Below are positions 44,344 through 52,315 of a stretch of 64,000 nt of DNA, piece after piece. This DNA comes from an uncultured Lachnospiraceae bacterium (GTDB lineage: Bacteria > Bacillota > Clostridia > Christensenellales > UBA1242). The notes under the pieces are model-generated. The model searched no databases and had not been told where the DNA came from. It was given only the letters and a program-made list of their open reading frames with translations. The stretch spans positions 8,952-72,951 of the forward strand of contig CAZQMZ010000004.1 in the NCBI GenBank assembly GCA_964594865.1, given 5' to 3'. The position numbers and the translations under genes were made by a program. The first letter of the stretch is position 1. Each line of letters starts with the position of its first letter.

Positions 44344-45858
44344 TCATTCACTTGTGATTATGTTGCTGATTTGTTCCATAAAGTTTGGCAAAGTGTAATT
44401 CAAAAATTGTTCCAATTTTGCCAAATAAATTTCTGCAAAAGAGTTTTCACTCAAGTAGTTTTGCAAATTGTTTTCATATGTCACAGCCAAAGTTCGAAGA
44501 TCAAGTCCATACAAAGCATCAAAATATGATTCCATTTCCACGAAAAACATTTCCGCATAGTCAAAAAGTTTGTTTATTGTTTCGCTGTCAAGATTGTTGG
44601 CAGAAGTTGCAGAAAGTGTTTTAAATTCTTCAAAATGTTCATTCAAAGTATCCAAAAGATCTTGTATTCTTGATTTGCAATCGCCGTCCTTTGTTGCACT
44701 CCACTTCATGACACTTGCCACTTCGCCTATGCTGAATTCGCTGAAAATTGGAAGCAATTTTGCACAAATATATTCCTTGATTGTCTCTGCATCGCCGTCT
44801 GCCGGAGTCACTTGTTTCAAACTGTCATAGATTCCTGATTCTGCAACAACTTCTTCCATACTCACCGAAAGAGTCACTGCACTTGTCACCATTTTGCCAT
44901 AATATGCCTTAAATCTCAACAAACTTGTTGAATCACTTTCCAAACTTACGGAGTGTGACGCAAAATGACTTTTCAAAGTTGTGAGTGCGGAAAGAAAATC
45001 GCTTATGCTGTCAATATAATCTGTCAAGCTTGAATTCAATGTGGTGATTGCACTCTTTGTGGAACTTGACATTGAATCTTCATTCAAAGTGAGCACATAG
45101 TCTTTGCTGGAATCAACAAAATTCAGTGCCAATTTGAGAGTTTCGTTATATAAGGTCGAAAGTTCAAGATATTCATCAAAATCAATCTCTTCACTGCCAA
45201 CATAAAAGATTGGCATGAGATAATATCTCCATTGCCCTGTCCCCTCTGTGGAAAATGAAACATCAAATGTTGCATTTTGAGAAGTCGATTTGATTTCGTA
45301 AATATACGTGTTTTCACTGTCGTCATATACCGACAACATAGCCCACGCACAGAATTGATATCCCTCACTTATGGATGATATTGACACAGTCACTTCGCCA
45401 CTTGCAGAAGAAGATTCGATTTGTTTTGAATTGTTGGATGTTGGAGAAGAGTGTGAACCATTGTATGAAACCGTATAACTTGCCACTGAATAGTCTTTTG
45501 TGTAGTCATCTTCGGCGCTTAAATTTTTGTCTGGCACATCTGGAGAATTGTAATACACCGACGGATATAAATTCAAATAATATGTCCCCTCATCTTCGTC
45601 GTCGGCTGTGGAAGAATCTGAAAAATCTTGCGTTGAAAGGAGTGCCACCTTGACATAGCCATCCACAACGTCGCCATAACTTATTTCATAGTCAGAGCCA
45701 AAAACGCTTGAATTTGATGAATATAACGCTTCCAATTTCTCAAAATTCGACTCCAATGTGGAAAGCGAAACATTTCCGCATCCAACCAAACCAAACGCAG
45801 TGAAAATCGAACAACATGAAAGCACAACTGTCAAAATGATATTTTTAATTTTTTTCAT
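44344..45858 (-). CDS. Hypothetical lipoprotein (504 aa), S/T/D/E-rich N-terminal half and helical C-terminal half
   Basis: Signal peptide with a lipobox (MKKIKNIILTVVLSCCSIFTAFGLVGC). SD is AAAGGAGGAG. No recognisable family. Confidence 0.7.
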   Translation of the reverse strand: MKKIKNIILTVVLSCCSIFTAFGLVGCGNVSLSTLESNFEKLEALYSSNSSVFGSDYEISYGDVVDGYVKVALLSTQDFSDSSTADDEDEGTYYLNLYPSVYYNSPDVPDKNLSAEDDYTKDYSVASYTVSYNGSHSSPTSNNSKQIESSSASGEVTVSISSISEGYQFCAWAMLSVYDDSENTYIYEIKSTSQNATFDVSFSTEGTGQWRYYLMPIFYVGSEEIDFDEYLELSTLYNETLKLALNFVDSSKDYVLTLNEDSMSSSTKSAITTLNSSLTDYIDSISDFLSALTTLKSHFASHSVSLESDSTSLLRFKAYYGKMVTSAVTLSVSMEEVVAESGIYDSLKQVTPADGDAETIKEYICAKLLPIFSEFSIGEVASVMKWSATKDGDCKSRIQDLLDTLNEHFEEFKTLSATSANNLDSETINKLFDYAEMFFVEMESYFDALYGLDLRTLAVTYENNLQNYLSENSFAEIYLAKLEQFLNYTLPNFMEQISNIITSE

Positions 45859-45872
45859 GTCTCCTCCTTTTC

Positions 45873-46721
45873 TTAAACTTCAACAACTGCGACGTTTCGC
45901 AATGACGCCCGTCCGCTCAAAAAGTTGTTGTAATAATCCGAATTTTCGCCGTTTGTCAAAATGTCATCCGCTTTTGTTTTCAAACCGTCAATGTCATAGA
46001 TATAATCAAGGATGACTGTTTCTCCATTTGTGGTTAAATATTGGTTGACAAAACTGAGAAGGTTTCGACCCACTGTTGAATAGCTCTCATTTTCTTCGTC
46101 GGCGAATATTGAAGTGTATCTGTCAATTTGAGTGAAAATGATTGTGGACATATTGTTGTTCAAAATTTGAGAATCCACGCAAGATTGATAAACCACTTCA
46201 AGTCTTGTGAAAGCATCAATGGTGTTTTCTATTATGCTGACAACATATCCTTCGCAATCATCCCAAGTTTCCGCCAACCAATAATCACTTCCCGAAACAG
46301 TTTCAAGATTTTCTTGCAAATAGGAATAGAGCAAATCAACCGCTTCTTGTGCATCGTCAAAACTGTTTCTTATTGCCTTGCGATTTTCTTTATAAACACT
46401 TGTGTATGTTGTGAAAATGATTTGACGATTGAAAAATTCTCCAATCACTTCATATGCGGAATATATGTTTTTATAATTCGTGATTTTTGTCCTTTGATCA
46501 GACGTCAATCCACTGTTGGTCGACATCAGGTCAAGATAGGCATCAATCTCTTGATTTTTTTCATCATCTTCGTTCAAATAACCATTTTGTGTGACGGAAT
46601 AGACCTTTTGCGCCAATTCTTCAGTGTTTTTTGGTGTAAACAAGTTTATAAACACAATGGTCAACACAACCGCCACAATGATTATGATTATCGTTATGAA
46701 TAACAACCACTTCTTTTTCAT
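45873..46721 (-). CDS. Hypothetical N-terminally membrane-anchored protein (282 aa)
   Basis: MKKKWLLFITIIIIIVAVVLTIVFINLF is a signal-anchor. SD is GGAGGA. It begins 11 nt after the dnaB stop. No recognisable family. Confidence 0.7.
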   Translation of the reverse strand: MKKKWLLFITIIIIIVAVVLTIVFINLFTPKNTEELAQKVYSVTQNGYLNEDDEKNQEIDAYLDLMSTNSGLTSDQRTKITNYKNIYSAYEVIGEFFNRQIIFTTYTSVYKENRKAIRNSFDDAQEAVDLLYSYLQENLETVSGSDYWLAETWDDCEGYVVSIIENTIDAFTRLEVVYQSCVDSQILNNNMSTIIFTQIDRYTSIFADEENESYSTVGRNLLSFVNQYLTTNGETVILDYIYDIDGLKTKADDILTNGENSDYYNNFLSGRASLRNVAVVEV

Positions 46722-46732
46722 CTATCCTCCAT

Positions 46733-48115
46733 CTAATTTTGTTCTTCAATTTGAATTTTGTCATTAAAGTTGAGATATGTTGTATATTCTCCAACCCAGC
46801 GAAGTTTGATTTCTCCAACACTTCCACTTCTGTGCTTGGCAATGATGAGATAGACCGTGCCTGGCTCATCTTCGGTTGTGACATCGTTATAGTTTGCTGG
46901 ATTGTATAGGAAAAGCACAATGTCGGCGTCTTGTTCGATTGAGCCAGAACCACGAAGGTCGGATAACACCGGTTTGTGTCCGTCATTTTTGGCGTCTCGA
47001 CGTTCGCTCGTTCGTGCAAGTTGTGAAAGAAGAATGATCGGCACACCCAACTCTCTTGCTGTCAGTTTGAGTGCTCTTGTTATCGCTTGAATTTTTTGAA
47101 CTTCGCTTTCATATCGTTCGTTGCCCTTCTCTTTTTTCATGTCCATAAGTTGAAGATAGTCAATCACAATCAAATCAAGCCCGTCTGTCATCTTCAATTT
47201 TTGACATTTTGAACGAATTTCAAAAGGATTTGGCTCACTTGAAGGGTCAACATAAATTCCGCTTTCTGCCAACCTTTTCTCAGCCGTCCAAATGCGTTTC
47301 CACTCATTTTCATCCATCTTGCCATTCAACACTTTTGCCAAATTTACTTTTGCGACAGATGCCAAAGCTCTTTGCATAAGTTCTTCTTTGGACATTTCCA
47401 GCGAGAAAATTGCAACTTTTTTGTTTTCTTCAGTGGCGGCATGGACAGCAATGTTCATGGCAAGAGAAGTTTTCCCGACACCCGGTCTTGCTGCCAGAAT
47501 GATCAAAGCACCCTTTTGCAATCCACCGGTTATGGAATCAAATTCTGTATAACCTGTTGGAACTCCACGAAGTTTACCTTTGTTTTCGGCAAGTTCTTGC
47601 ATTTGTTTCAAAACATTGGCAAGTGTTCCGCCCGGCTTGCCAACAAGCTCAAGGTCGGATGAAATTCCCCTTTGAGAGAGTTCAAAAATTGTTTTTTCAG
47701 CATACTGCATGGCATCATCGCCGTTCACACTGTCAAAAGCGGATGTGATGATGTCTTGTGATTTCAAAATCAAGTTGCGTTTGACTGCATTGTCCTTGAC
47801 AATGTCGAGATAATGTTGAAAATTGGCTGCCGATGGCACAACGTTGGTCAAATATGTTATGTAATCAATTCCACCAATTTCTTCCAAACGCTTGTCCACT
47901 TCCAACTGACTTGTCAAGGTGACAAAATCGACAGGGATGCTTTTGATATAAATCTTCATCATGCTGTCAAAAATCTTTCTGTGAGCATCAGAATAAAAAT
48001 CATTAGCAATGAGTTTGTCAAAAATATCTCTTTGCGCTTCGTTGTCCAAAAGCACGCACCCCAAAAGCGCCTGTTCAGCTTCCAAACTGTTTGGTAAAAT
48101 TTTGTAATCAGCCAT
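46733..48115 (-). CDS. dnaB: Replicative DNA helicase (DnaB family; DnaC in B. subtilis nomenclature)
   Basis: LPNSLEAEQALLGCVL at the N-terminus, Walker A ARPGVGKTS, and RecA-like motifs. Start moved to the ATG at 48115 behind GGAGGAAAG. Confidence 0.92.
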   Translation of the reverse strand: MADYKILPNSLEAEQALLGCVLLDNEAQRDIFDKLIANDFYSDAHRKIFDSMMKIYIKSIPVDFVTLTSQLEVDKRLEEIGGIDYITYLTNVVPSAANFQHYLDIVKDNAVKRNLILKSQDIITSAFDSVNGDDAMQYAEKTIFELSQRGISSDLELVGKPGGTLANVLKQMQELAENKGKLRGVPTGYTEFDSITGGLQKGALIILAARPGVGKTSLAMNIAVHAATEENKKVAIFSLEMSKEELMQRALASVAKVNLAKVLNGKMDENEWKRIWTAEKRLAESGIYVDPSSEPNPFEIRSKCQKLKMTDGLDLIVIDYLQLMDMKKEKGNERYESEVQKIQAITRALKLTARELGVPIILLSQLARTSERRDAKNDGHKPVLSDLRGSGSIEQDADIVLFLYNPANYNDVTTEDEPGTVYLIIAKHRSGSVGEIKLRWVGEYTTYLNFNDKIQIEEQN

Positions 48116-48151
48116 CTTTCCTCCAATAGTTCCCATTTTCAACAATTGAGT

Positions 48152-48403
48152 TTAATCTGAAAACGGGTCTTTTTTCTTACTCAACCTTTCTTCTTTTTTT
48201 CTGTCCAATTTTTCGCAAATCCATGCAAAGACTATATACAAAAAGAAGAGCAAAATCACAAGTATCAAAATGTTCAGCCATTGATCTACTTTCAAACTTA
48301 TCAAAACCACGCAAACAACCAAAACCGGAAGAAGAACGATGAGAAAAAACAAGGATAATCGTTTCAATCTTCTTTTCAATTCTTGCTTTTCAGTGTTTTT
48401 CAT
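48152..48403 (-). CDS. Small two-TM membrane protein (83 aa), hypothetical
   Basis: Two hydrophobic helices flanked by K/R-rich segments. A consensus promoter ends 7 nt upstream of the ATG, and there is no SD. Confidence 0.6.
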   Translation of the reverse strand: MKNTEKQELKRRLKRLSLFFLIVLLPVLVVCVVLISLKVDQWLNILILVILLFFLYIVFAWICEKLDRKKEERLSKKKDPFSD

Positions 48404-48410
48404 GGAATTG

Positions 48411-48439
48411 ATTATACCAATAAATTAAACATTTGTCAA
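48411..48439 (-). promoter_or_regulatory. Consensus sigma-A promoter placing the TSS at the ATG of the 83-aa membrane protein (leaderless); probably also drives dnaB
   Basis: On the minus strand: TTGACA (48439-34), 17 nt, TGgTATAAT (-10 at 48416-11), 7 nt, ATG (48403). Lies just downstream of the typA terminator. Confidence 0.65.
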
Positions 48440-48500
48440 TTTTTTACATATGAATAGACGATAATTGTTCAAAAAAACATTTTTTAAAGCGAAATGTGAA

Positions 48501-48529
48501 AAAATAAAAAAAGTGACAAAAGTCACCTT
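48501..48529 (-). terminator. Terminator of typA
   Basis: Stem AGGTGAC/GTCACTT starting right after the stop codon, followed by TTTTTATTTT on the minus strand. Confidence 0.65.
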
Positions 48530-50362
48530 TTAAATCTCACCACGCAAAATTTTCCCACGTTCTCGAAGACGCATATTGTGGTCAAGGATGATTTTTCTTA
48601 TGCGAATCGACTTTGGCGTCACTTCCAAATATTCGTCATCGCCCAAAAACTCAATACAGTCTTCCAAACTCATTTGTTTTGGCGGTGTCAAACGCAATGC
48701 GTCATCACTTCCAGAAGCTCGGCAGTTGGAAAGATGTTTTGTCTTGCAAACATTGACAACAATATCTCCGCCCTTTGGATTTGCGCCGACAACCATTCCG
48801 CCATAGACATCAACACCGGGGCCTATGAAAAGTTCCCCTCGCTCTTGTGCGTTGAAAAGTCCATAGACAATCGCTTTGCCCGTTTCATGAGCAATCAATG
48901 CACCATATTCTCGGCGGTTGATTTCGCCCTTATATGGTTCATACTCAAAGAAAATTGAGTTGATTATGCCTTCTCCGCGTGTGTCGGTCAAATATTCCGA
49001 CTTAAATCCAAAAAGTCCACGTGACGGGATGAGAAATTCCATTTTCATTCGGTTTCCATGCGGAGTCATGTTTTGAAGTTCGCCCTTTCGCACGCCCATT
49101 TTGTTCATGACAACACCCACGCAATCCTCAGGGACATCCAAGAAAAGTCTGTCGATTGGCTCACACTTCACACCGTCAATTTCTTTGATCAAAACTTTTG
49201 GCTGTGAAACTTGAAATTCATAGCCATCTCGACGCATATTTTCAATCAAAATTGAAAGGTGCATCTCTCCGCGTCCACGAACCTTGAATTTGTCCGCCGT
49301 GTCGCCGTCTTCCACTCGAAGAGAAAGGTCTTTCACCGCTTCTTTATAAAGTCTATCACGCAAATGTCTTGAAGTGACAAACTTGCCTTCCTTGCCAGCA
49401 AAAGGACTGTCGTTCACCATGAAGGTCATCTCCACACTTGGCTCGGCAATCTTGACAAATTCCATTGGCTCTGGTGCGCCTTCATCACAAATTGTGTCGC
49501 CAATTGTCACATCGTCAAGCCCAGCAACACAGACAATTTCTCCCACACCTGCACTTTCCACAGGCACTCGCTTCAAGCCTTCATAGACATAAAGGCTGAC
49601 AATCTTGGAACGCACCTTTTTGCTTTCATCATGATAGTTGCAAACAACCACACTTTGACCAACTTTGATTTGTCCACGTTCAATCTTTCCAACGGCAAGT
49701 TTGCCGACATAGTCGTTATGCTCTGCCGAAGAAACGAGAAGTTTCAATGGTTTGTCCACTTCTCCCTGTGGCGCTGGAATATGTTTCAAAATGGTTTCAA
49801 AAAGCGGTTGTAAATCAGAGCCCTCAACATTCATTTCTGTCGATGCCACACCTGTTCGCGCCGAAGCAAAAACAAAAGGAGAGTTCAATTGGTCTTCGTC
49901 TGCATCAAGTTCCAAAAAGAGTTCCAAAACTTCATCGACAACTTCTTTTATGCGAGCATCTGGGCGGTCGATTTTGTTTATCACAACCACCACTTTAAGT
50001 TTCAAAGCGAGCGCTTTTTCCAACACAAACCTTGTTTGAGGCATTGGCCCTTCAAAAGCATCCACAACCAAAAGCACACCATCCACCATTTTCAACACAC
50101 GTTCAACTTCGCCACCAAAATCGGCGTGTCCCGGTGTGTCGACAATATTGATTTTCACTCCATCAAAAAAGCATGAAGTGTTTTTGGACAAAATTGTGAT
50201 TCCCCTTTCTTTTTCAAGCGCATTTGAGTCCATCACGCGGTCTTCAACCACTTGATTTTGTCTGAACACATTCCCTTGTTTCAACATTTCATTCACCAAA
50301 GATGTTTTGCCGTGGTCAACGTGTGCAATGATTGCCACATTTCTTATGTTTGTGTTTTCCAT
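48530..50362 (-). CDS. typA: Translational GTPase TypA/BipA
   Basis: [29 protein letters not shown] and NKIDR; 610 aa. Confidence 0.93.
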   Translation of the reverse strand: MENTNIRNVAIIAHVDHGKTSLVNEMLKQGNVFRQNQVVEDRVMDSNALEKERGITILSKNTSCFFDGVKINIVDTPGHADFGGEVERVLKMVDGVLLVVDAFEGPMPQTRFVLEKALALKLKVVVVINKIDRPDARIKEVVDEVLELFLELDADEDQLNSPFVFASARTGVASTEMNVEGSDLQPLFETILKHIPAPQGEVDKPLKLLVSSAEHNDYVGKLAVGKIERGQIKVGQSVVVCNYHDESKKVRSKIVSLYVYEGLKRVPVESAGVGEIVCVAGLDDVTIGDTICDEGAPEPMEFVKIAEPSVEMTFMVNDSPFAGKEGKFVTSRHLRDRLYKEAVKDLSLRVEDGDTADKFKVRGRGEMHLSILIENMRRDGYEFQVSQPKVLIKEIDGVKCEPIDRLFLDVPEDCVGVVMNKMGVRKGELQNMTPHGNRMKMEFLIPSRGLFGFKSEYLTDTRGEGIINSIFFEYEPYKGEINRREYGALIAHETGKAIVYGLFNAQERGELFIGPGVDVYGGMVVGANPKGGDIVVNVCKTKHLSNCRASGSDDALRLTPPKQMSLEDCIEFLGDDEYLEVTPKSIRIRKIILDHNMRLRERGKILRGEI

Positions 50363-50533
50363 TTCTTTTTTCCTTTATTTTTTTACTTTATTTTTTCATC
50401 GTTTTGGCATGATAAAACGATGTGTTTCAAAAGAACACTACGCCATTTTACCACTTTATTTCAAAAAAAACAAGAGGTTTATGGAGCATTTTAAAATTAT
50501 TGCCCAAGGATTGCAACATTTTTTAACTAAAAA

Positions 50534-51229
50534 CTACAAAATTTCAATGAGATTGTTGTTGACAACGTCACAAGAAGTCAAAAAATATGTCACTCCATTC
50601 TTTTCAAGAACAAGATTTTGACGAAGATAGGCATGAATGTGACCATATACCACCTTTTTGACACCATATTTTTCAAGCAATGCTGTCACCTCGTTGTCTT
50701 CTTCGCGGAAAGTGTATGGCGGGTAGTGCAACATACATATGATTTCCTCATTCTCTGTCTGCAACTTCTTCGCTTCCTGCAAAGTCAATTCAAGACGGAT
50801 AAGTTCGCGTTTATAAATCTTTTCATTCTCCGCGCTCATCGCCTTTCTTTCGTCCGGCACATTCCACAGTCGAGTTCCACAAACAATGACATTCCCAAAT
50901 TTTATTGCGTCGTTTTGAATGGCATGAAAACCTTCCGGCAAAATTGCCCGCACTGCACTTATGCTCTTCCACCAATAGTCATGATTCCCACGAATGATAA
51001 CCTTCTTGCCTGGCAAGTCTTTCATCATTTCAAAGTCCGACACAGCATCTTCCAATTTCATAGCCCACGAAAAATCGCCAGCCATCAAAACAATGTCATC
51101 CTTGCTCACTTTTTTCTTCCAATCGATGAAAATTTTGTCAAGATAGTTCGTCCAAATTGGCCCGAATATATCCATTGGTTTTGGATTGTTCACCGAAAGA
51201 TGCAAGTCGCTTATTGCAAAAACTTTCAT
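50534..51229 (-). CDS. Metallophosphoesterase family protein
   Basis: Motifs DLH, GDFSW, GNHDYWW and GHIH. ATGA overlap with the upstream yqeY-like gene. Confidence 0.75.
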   Translation of the reverse strand: MKVFAISDLHLSVNNPKPMDIFGPIWTNYLDKIFIDWKKKVSKDDIVLMAGDFSWAMKLEDAVSDFEMMKDLPGKKVIIRGNHDYWWKSISAVRAILPEGFHAIQNDAIKFGNVIVCGTRLWNVPDERKAMSAENEKIYKRELIRLELTLQEAKKLQTENEEIICMLHYPPYTFREEDNEVTALLEKYGVKKVVYGHIHAYLRQNLVLEKNGVTYFLTSCDVVNNNLIEIL

Positions 51230-51648
51230 AAACTTTTCAAAACCTCTTGAACAAGTTTCATATCCACCTGTCCGTTGTAATTTGTCTTGAAGTGTTTCAT
51301 AACATTTCCAATTGATTTGTCAGGAATGGATGAAATGATTTCTTTGATTTCCTCCGCCGTCAACATCTTTGGAAGATAGGAAGTTGCAATTTCAATTTGT
51401 CTTTCAATCTTGGCAACTTCTTCGCTGTTTCCAACTTTTGTATAGTTCTCTTTTTCGTCATTCAATTCTTTGATAACTTTTTGAATGATGTTTGAAATGT
51501 CGGCATCAGCAAGCATTTCGTCACGCTTCCCTTTTGCAATTTTTTCCAACAAAATTTTGTTCATCAAAACACTGTAAAATGCACGTGCAACCGTGTCTTT
51601 GTCCTTCATCGCTTGAATGTTTGCCTTCTTAATTTGTTCTTCAATCAT
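51226..51648 (-). CDS. yqeY: GatB/YqeY-domain protein
   Basis: IKKANIQAMKDKD..ARAFYSVL..LKELNDEKENY is typical of the YqeY family. SD is AAGGAG. Confidence 0.8.
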   Translation of the reverse strand: MIEEQIKKANIQAMKDKDTVARAFYSVLMNKILLEKIAKGKRDEMLADADISNIIQKVIKELNDEKENYTKVGNSEEVAKIERQIEIATSYLPKMLTAEEIKEIISSIPDKSIGNVMKHFKTNYNGQVDMKLVQEVLKSL

Positions 51649-51668
51649 AAAAAACTCCTTACCTTTTA

Positions 51669-51697
51669 AGTATACTCAAATTTCCGACCAAAAGCAA
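51669..51697 (-). promoter_or_regulatory. Candidate sigma-A promoter of the yqeY-metallophosphoesterase pair
   Basis: On the minus strand: TTGCTT (51697-92), 17 nt, TATACT (51674-69), then the leader with AAGGAG. Confidence 0.45.
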
Positions 51698-51789
51698 GAA
51701 AAATTGACCGATAAAAATTTCTTACAGAACAATTTATGAAGTTTATACCATTTTTCATAAGAGTTTTGTCATATTTTTGCGTAAAATCG

Positions 51790-51818
51790 TTGACTTTTCT
51801 GATTTTCTGTGATAAAAT
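51790..51818 (+). promoter_or_regulatory. Sigma-A promoter of tRNA-Met
   Basis: TTGACT (51790-95), 17-nt spacer, TGaTAAAAT (extended -10, 51810-18). The tRNA begins 13 nt downstream. Confidence 0.75.
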
Positions 51819-51830
51819 GGTGCTTGTCTT

Positions 51831-51907
51831 GGTGATGTAGCTCAGCTGGTTAGAGCGTATGGTTCATACCCATAAGGTCGGTGGTTCGAGCCCACCTATC
51901 ACCACCA
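51831..51907 (+). tRNA. tRNA-Met (anticodon CAT), elongator type, with encoded CCA
   Basis: Folded by hand. Acceptor GGTGATG/TATCACC. D arm GCTC-AGCTGGTTA-GAGC. Anticodon arm TATGG-TTCATAC-CCATA. T arm GGTGG-TTCGAGC-CCACC, then ACCA. Not initiator-like: 1-72 are paired and there are no GGG/CCC pairs in the anticodon stem. tRNA-Ile2 (lysidine) cannot be fully excluded. Confidence 0.9.
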
Positions 51908-52104
51908 AAAAAAAGAACAACTTTTTTTTCTAAACAACTCGGGCTTCAGTCCCGTTTTTCTTTTTGGTGGGCTGAAATGTGATTTTCACATTTCAAAACA
52001 ACGTTGTTGTTTTCGAACCACCTTCGGTGTCGGACCAAACCCGTTTGCCCGTCTGTCAGGCGGAGAAGTGTTTGCCGAAAGTAAACTTTCCACACTTCTC
52101 GCAA

Positions 52105-52127
52105 CGAGCCCACCTATCACCACCAAA
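52105..52127 (+). repeat. Exact 23-bp duplicate of the tRNA-Met 3' end (T-loop to CCA plus AAA)
   Basis: CGAGCCCACCTATCACCACCAAA at 51887-51909 (inside the tRNA) and again at 52105-52127. Confidence 0.9.
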
Positions 52128-52190
52128 CAATAAACCGCTAAACTGCCCTAAAATAAAGATGTTTAGCATTTTTAAGAACAAAATAAAGTC

Positions 52191-52214
52191 AATTTTGACA
52201 CTAATTTTGACACT
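52191..52214. repeat. 12-bp perfect tandem repeat, two copies
   Basis: AATTTTGACACT twice, in the tRNA-feoB intergenic region. Confidence 0.85.
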
Positions 52215-52251
52215 AAAAAAAGACAGAAAAAGGGATGGTATTGTCAATATA

Positions 52252-52282
52252 AAAAGACTAAGTGGGACTTAGTCTTTTTTAA
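52252..52282. terminator. Bidirectional terminator (feoB on minus; tRNA-side transcripts on plus)
   Basis: 10-bp stem AAGACTAAGT/ACTTAGTCTT, loop GGG, T-runs on both strands. Confidence 0.8.
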
Positions 52283-52315
52283 TTTTTAAATTGTTGTTTC
52301 AAAAATTTAAGTTTT

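Noticed and set aside
51940-51959. A hairpin CGGG-CTTCAGT-CCCG with a 7-nt loop resembling an anticodon loop (U33, anticodon UCA, purine 37). It raised the idea of a tRNA-Sec or suppressor tRNA.
   Set aside because: No D-arm, T-arm or acceptor stem can be drawn around it. It lies 33 nt after tRNA-Met and is followed by T5, so it is best read as a weak terminator of the tRNA transcript.
52050-52075. TGTCAGGCGGAGAAG resembles the SRP-RNA domain IV motif (GUCAGGUCCGGAAGGAAGCAGC).
   Set aside because: The GGAA tetraloop and the symmetric and asymmetric loop context are missing, and the surrounding helices do not match 4.5S or SRP RNA architecture.
52191-52214. The tandem AATTTTGACACT repeat containing two TTGACA hexamers, considered as a promoter of an unannotated sRNA.
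   Set aside because: There is no acceptable -10 at 16-18 nt from either TTGACA, and no downstream structure other than the feoB terminator. It is recorded only as a repeat.
51979-52272. A 97-aa plus-strand ORF in the tRNA-feoB intergenic region.
   Set aside because: It has no SD, runs through the hairpin-dense segment, the tRNA 3'-end duplicate and the bidirectional terminator, and its translation is implausible.
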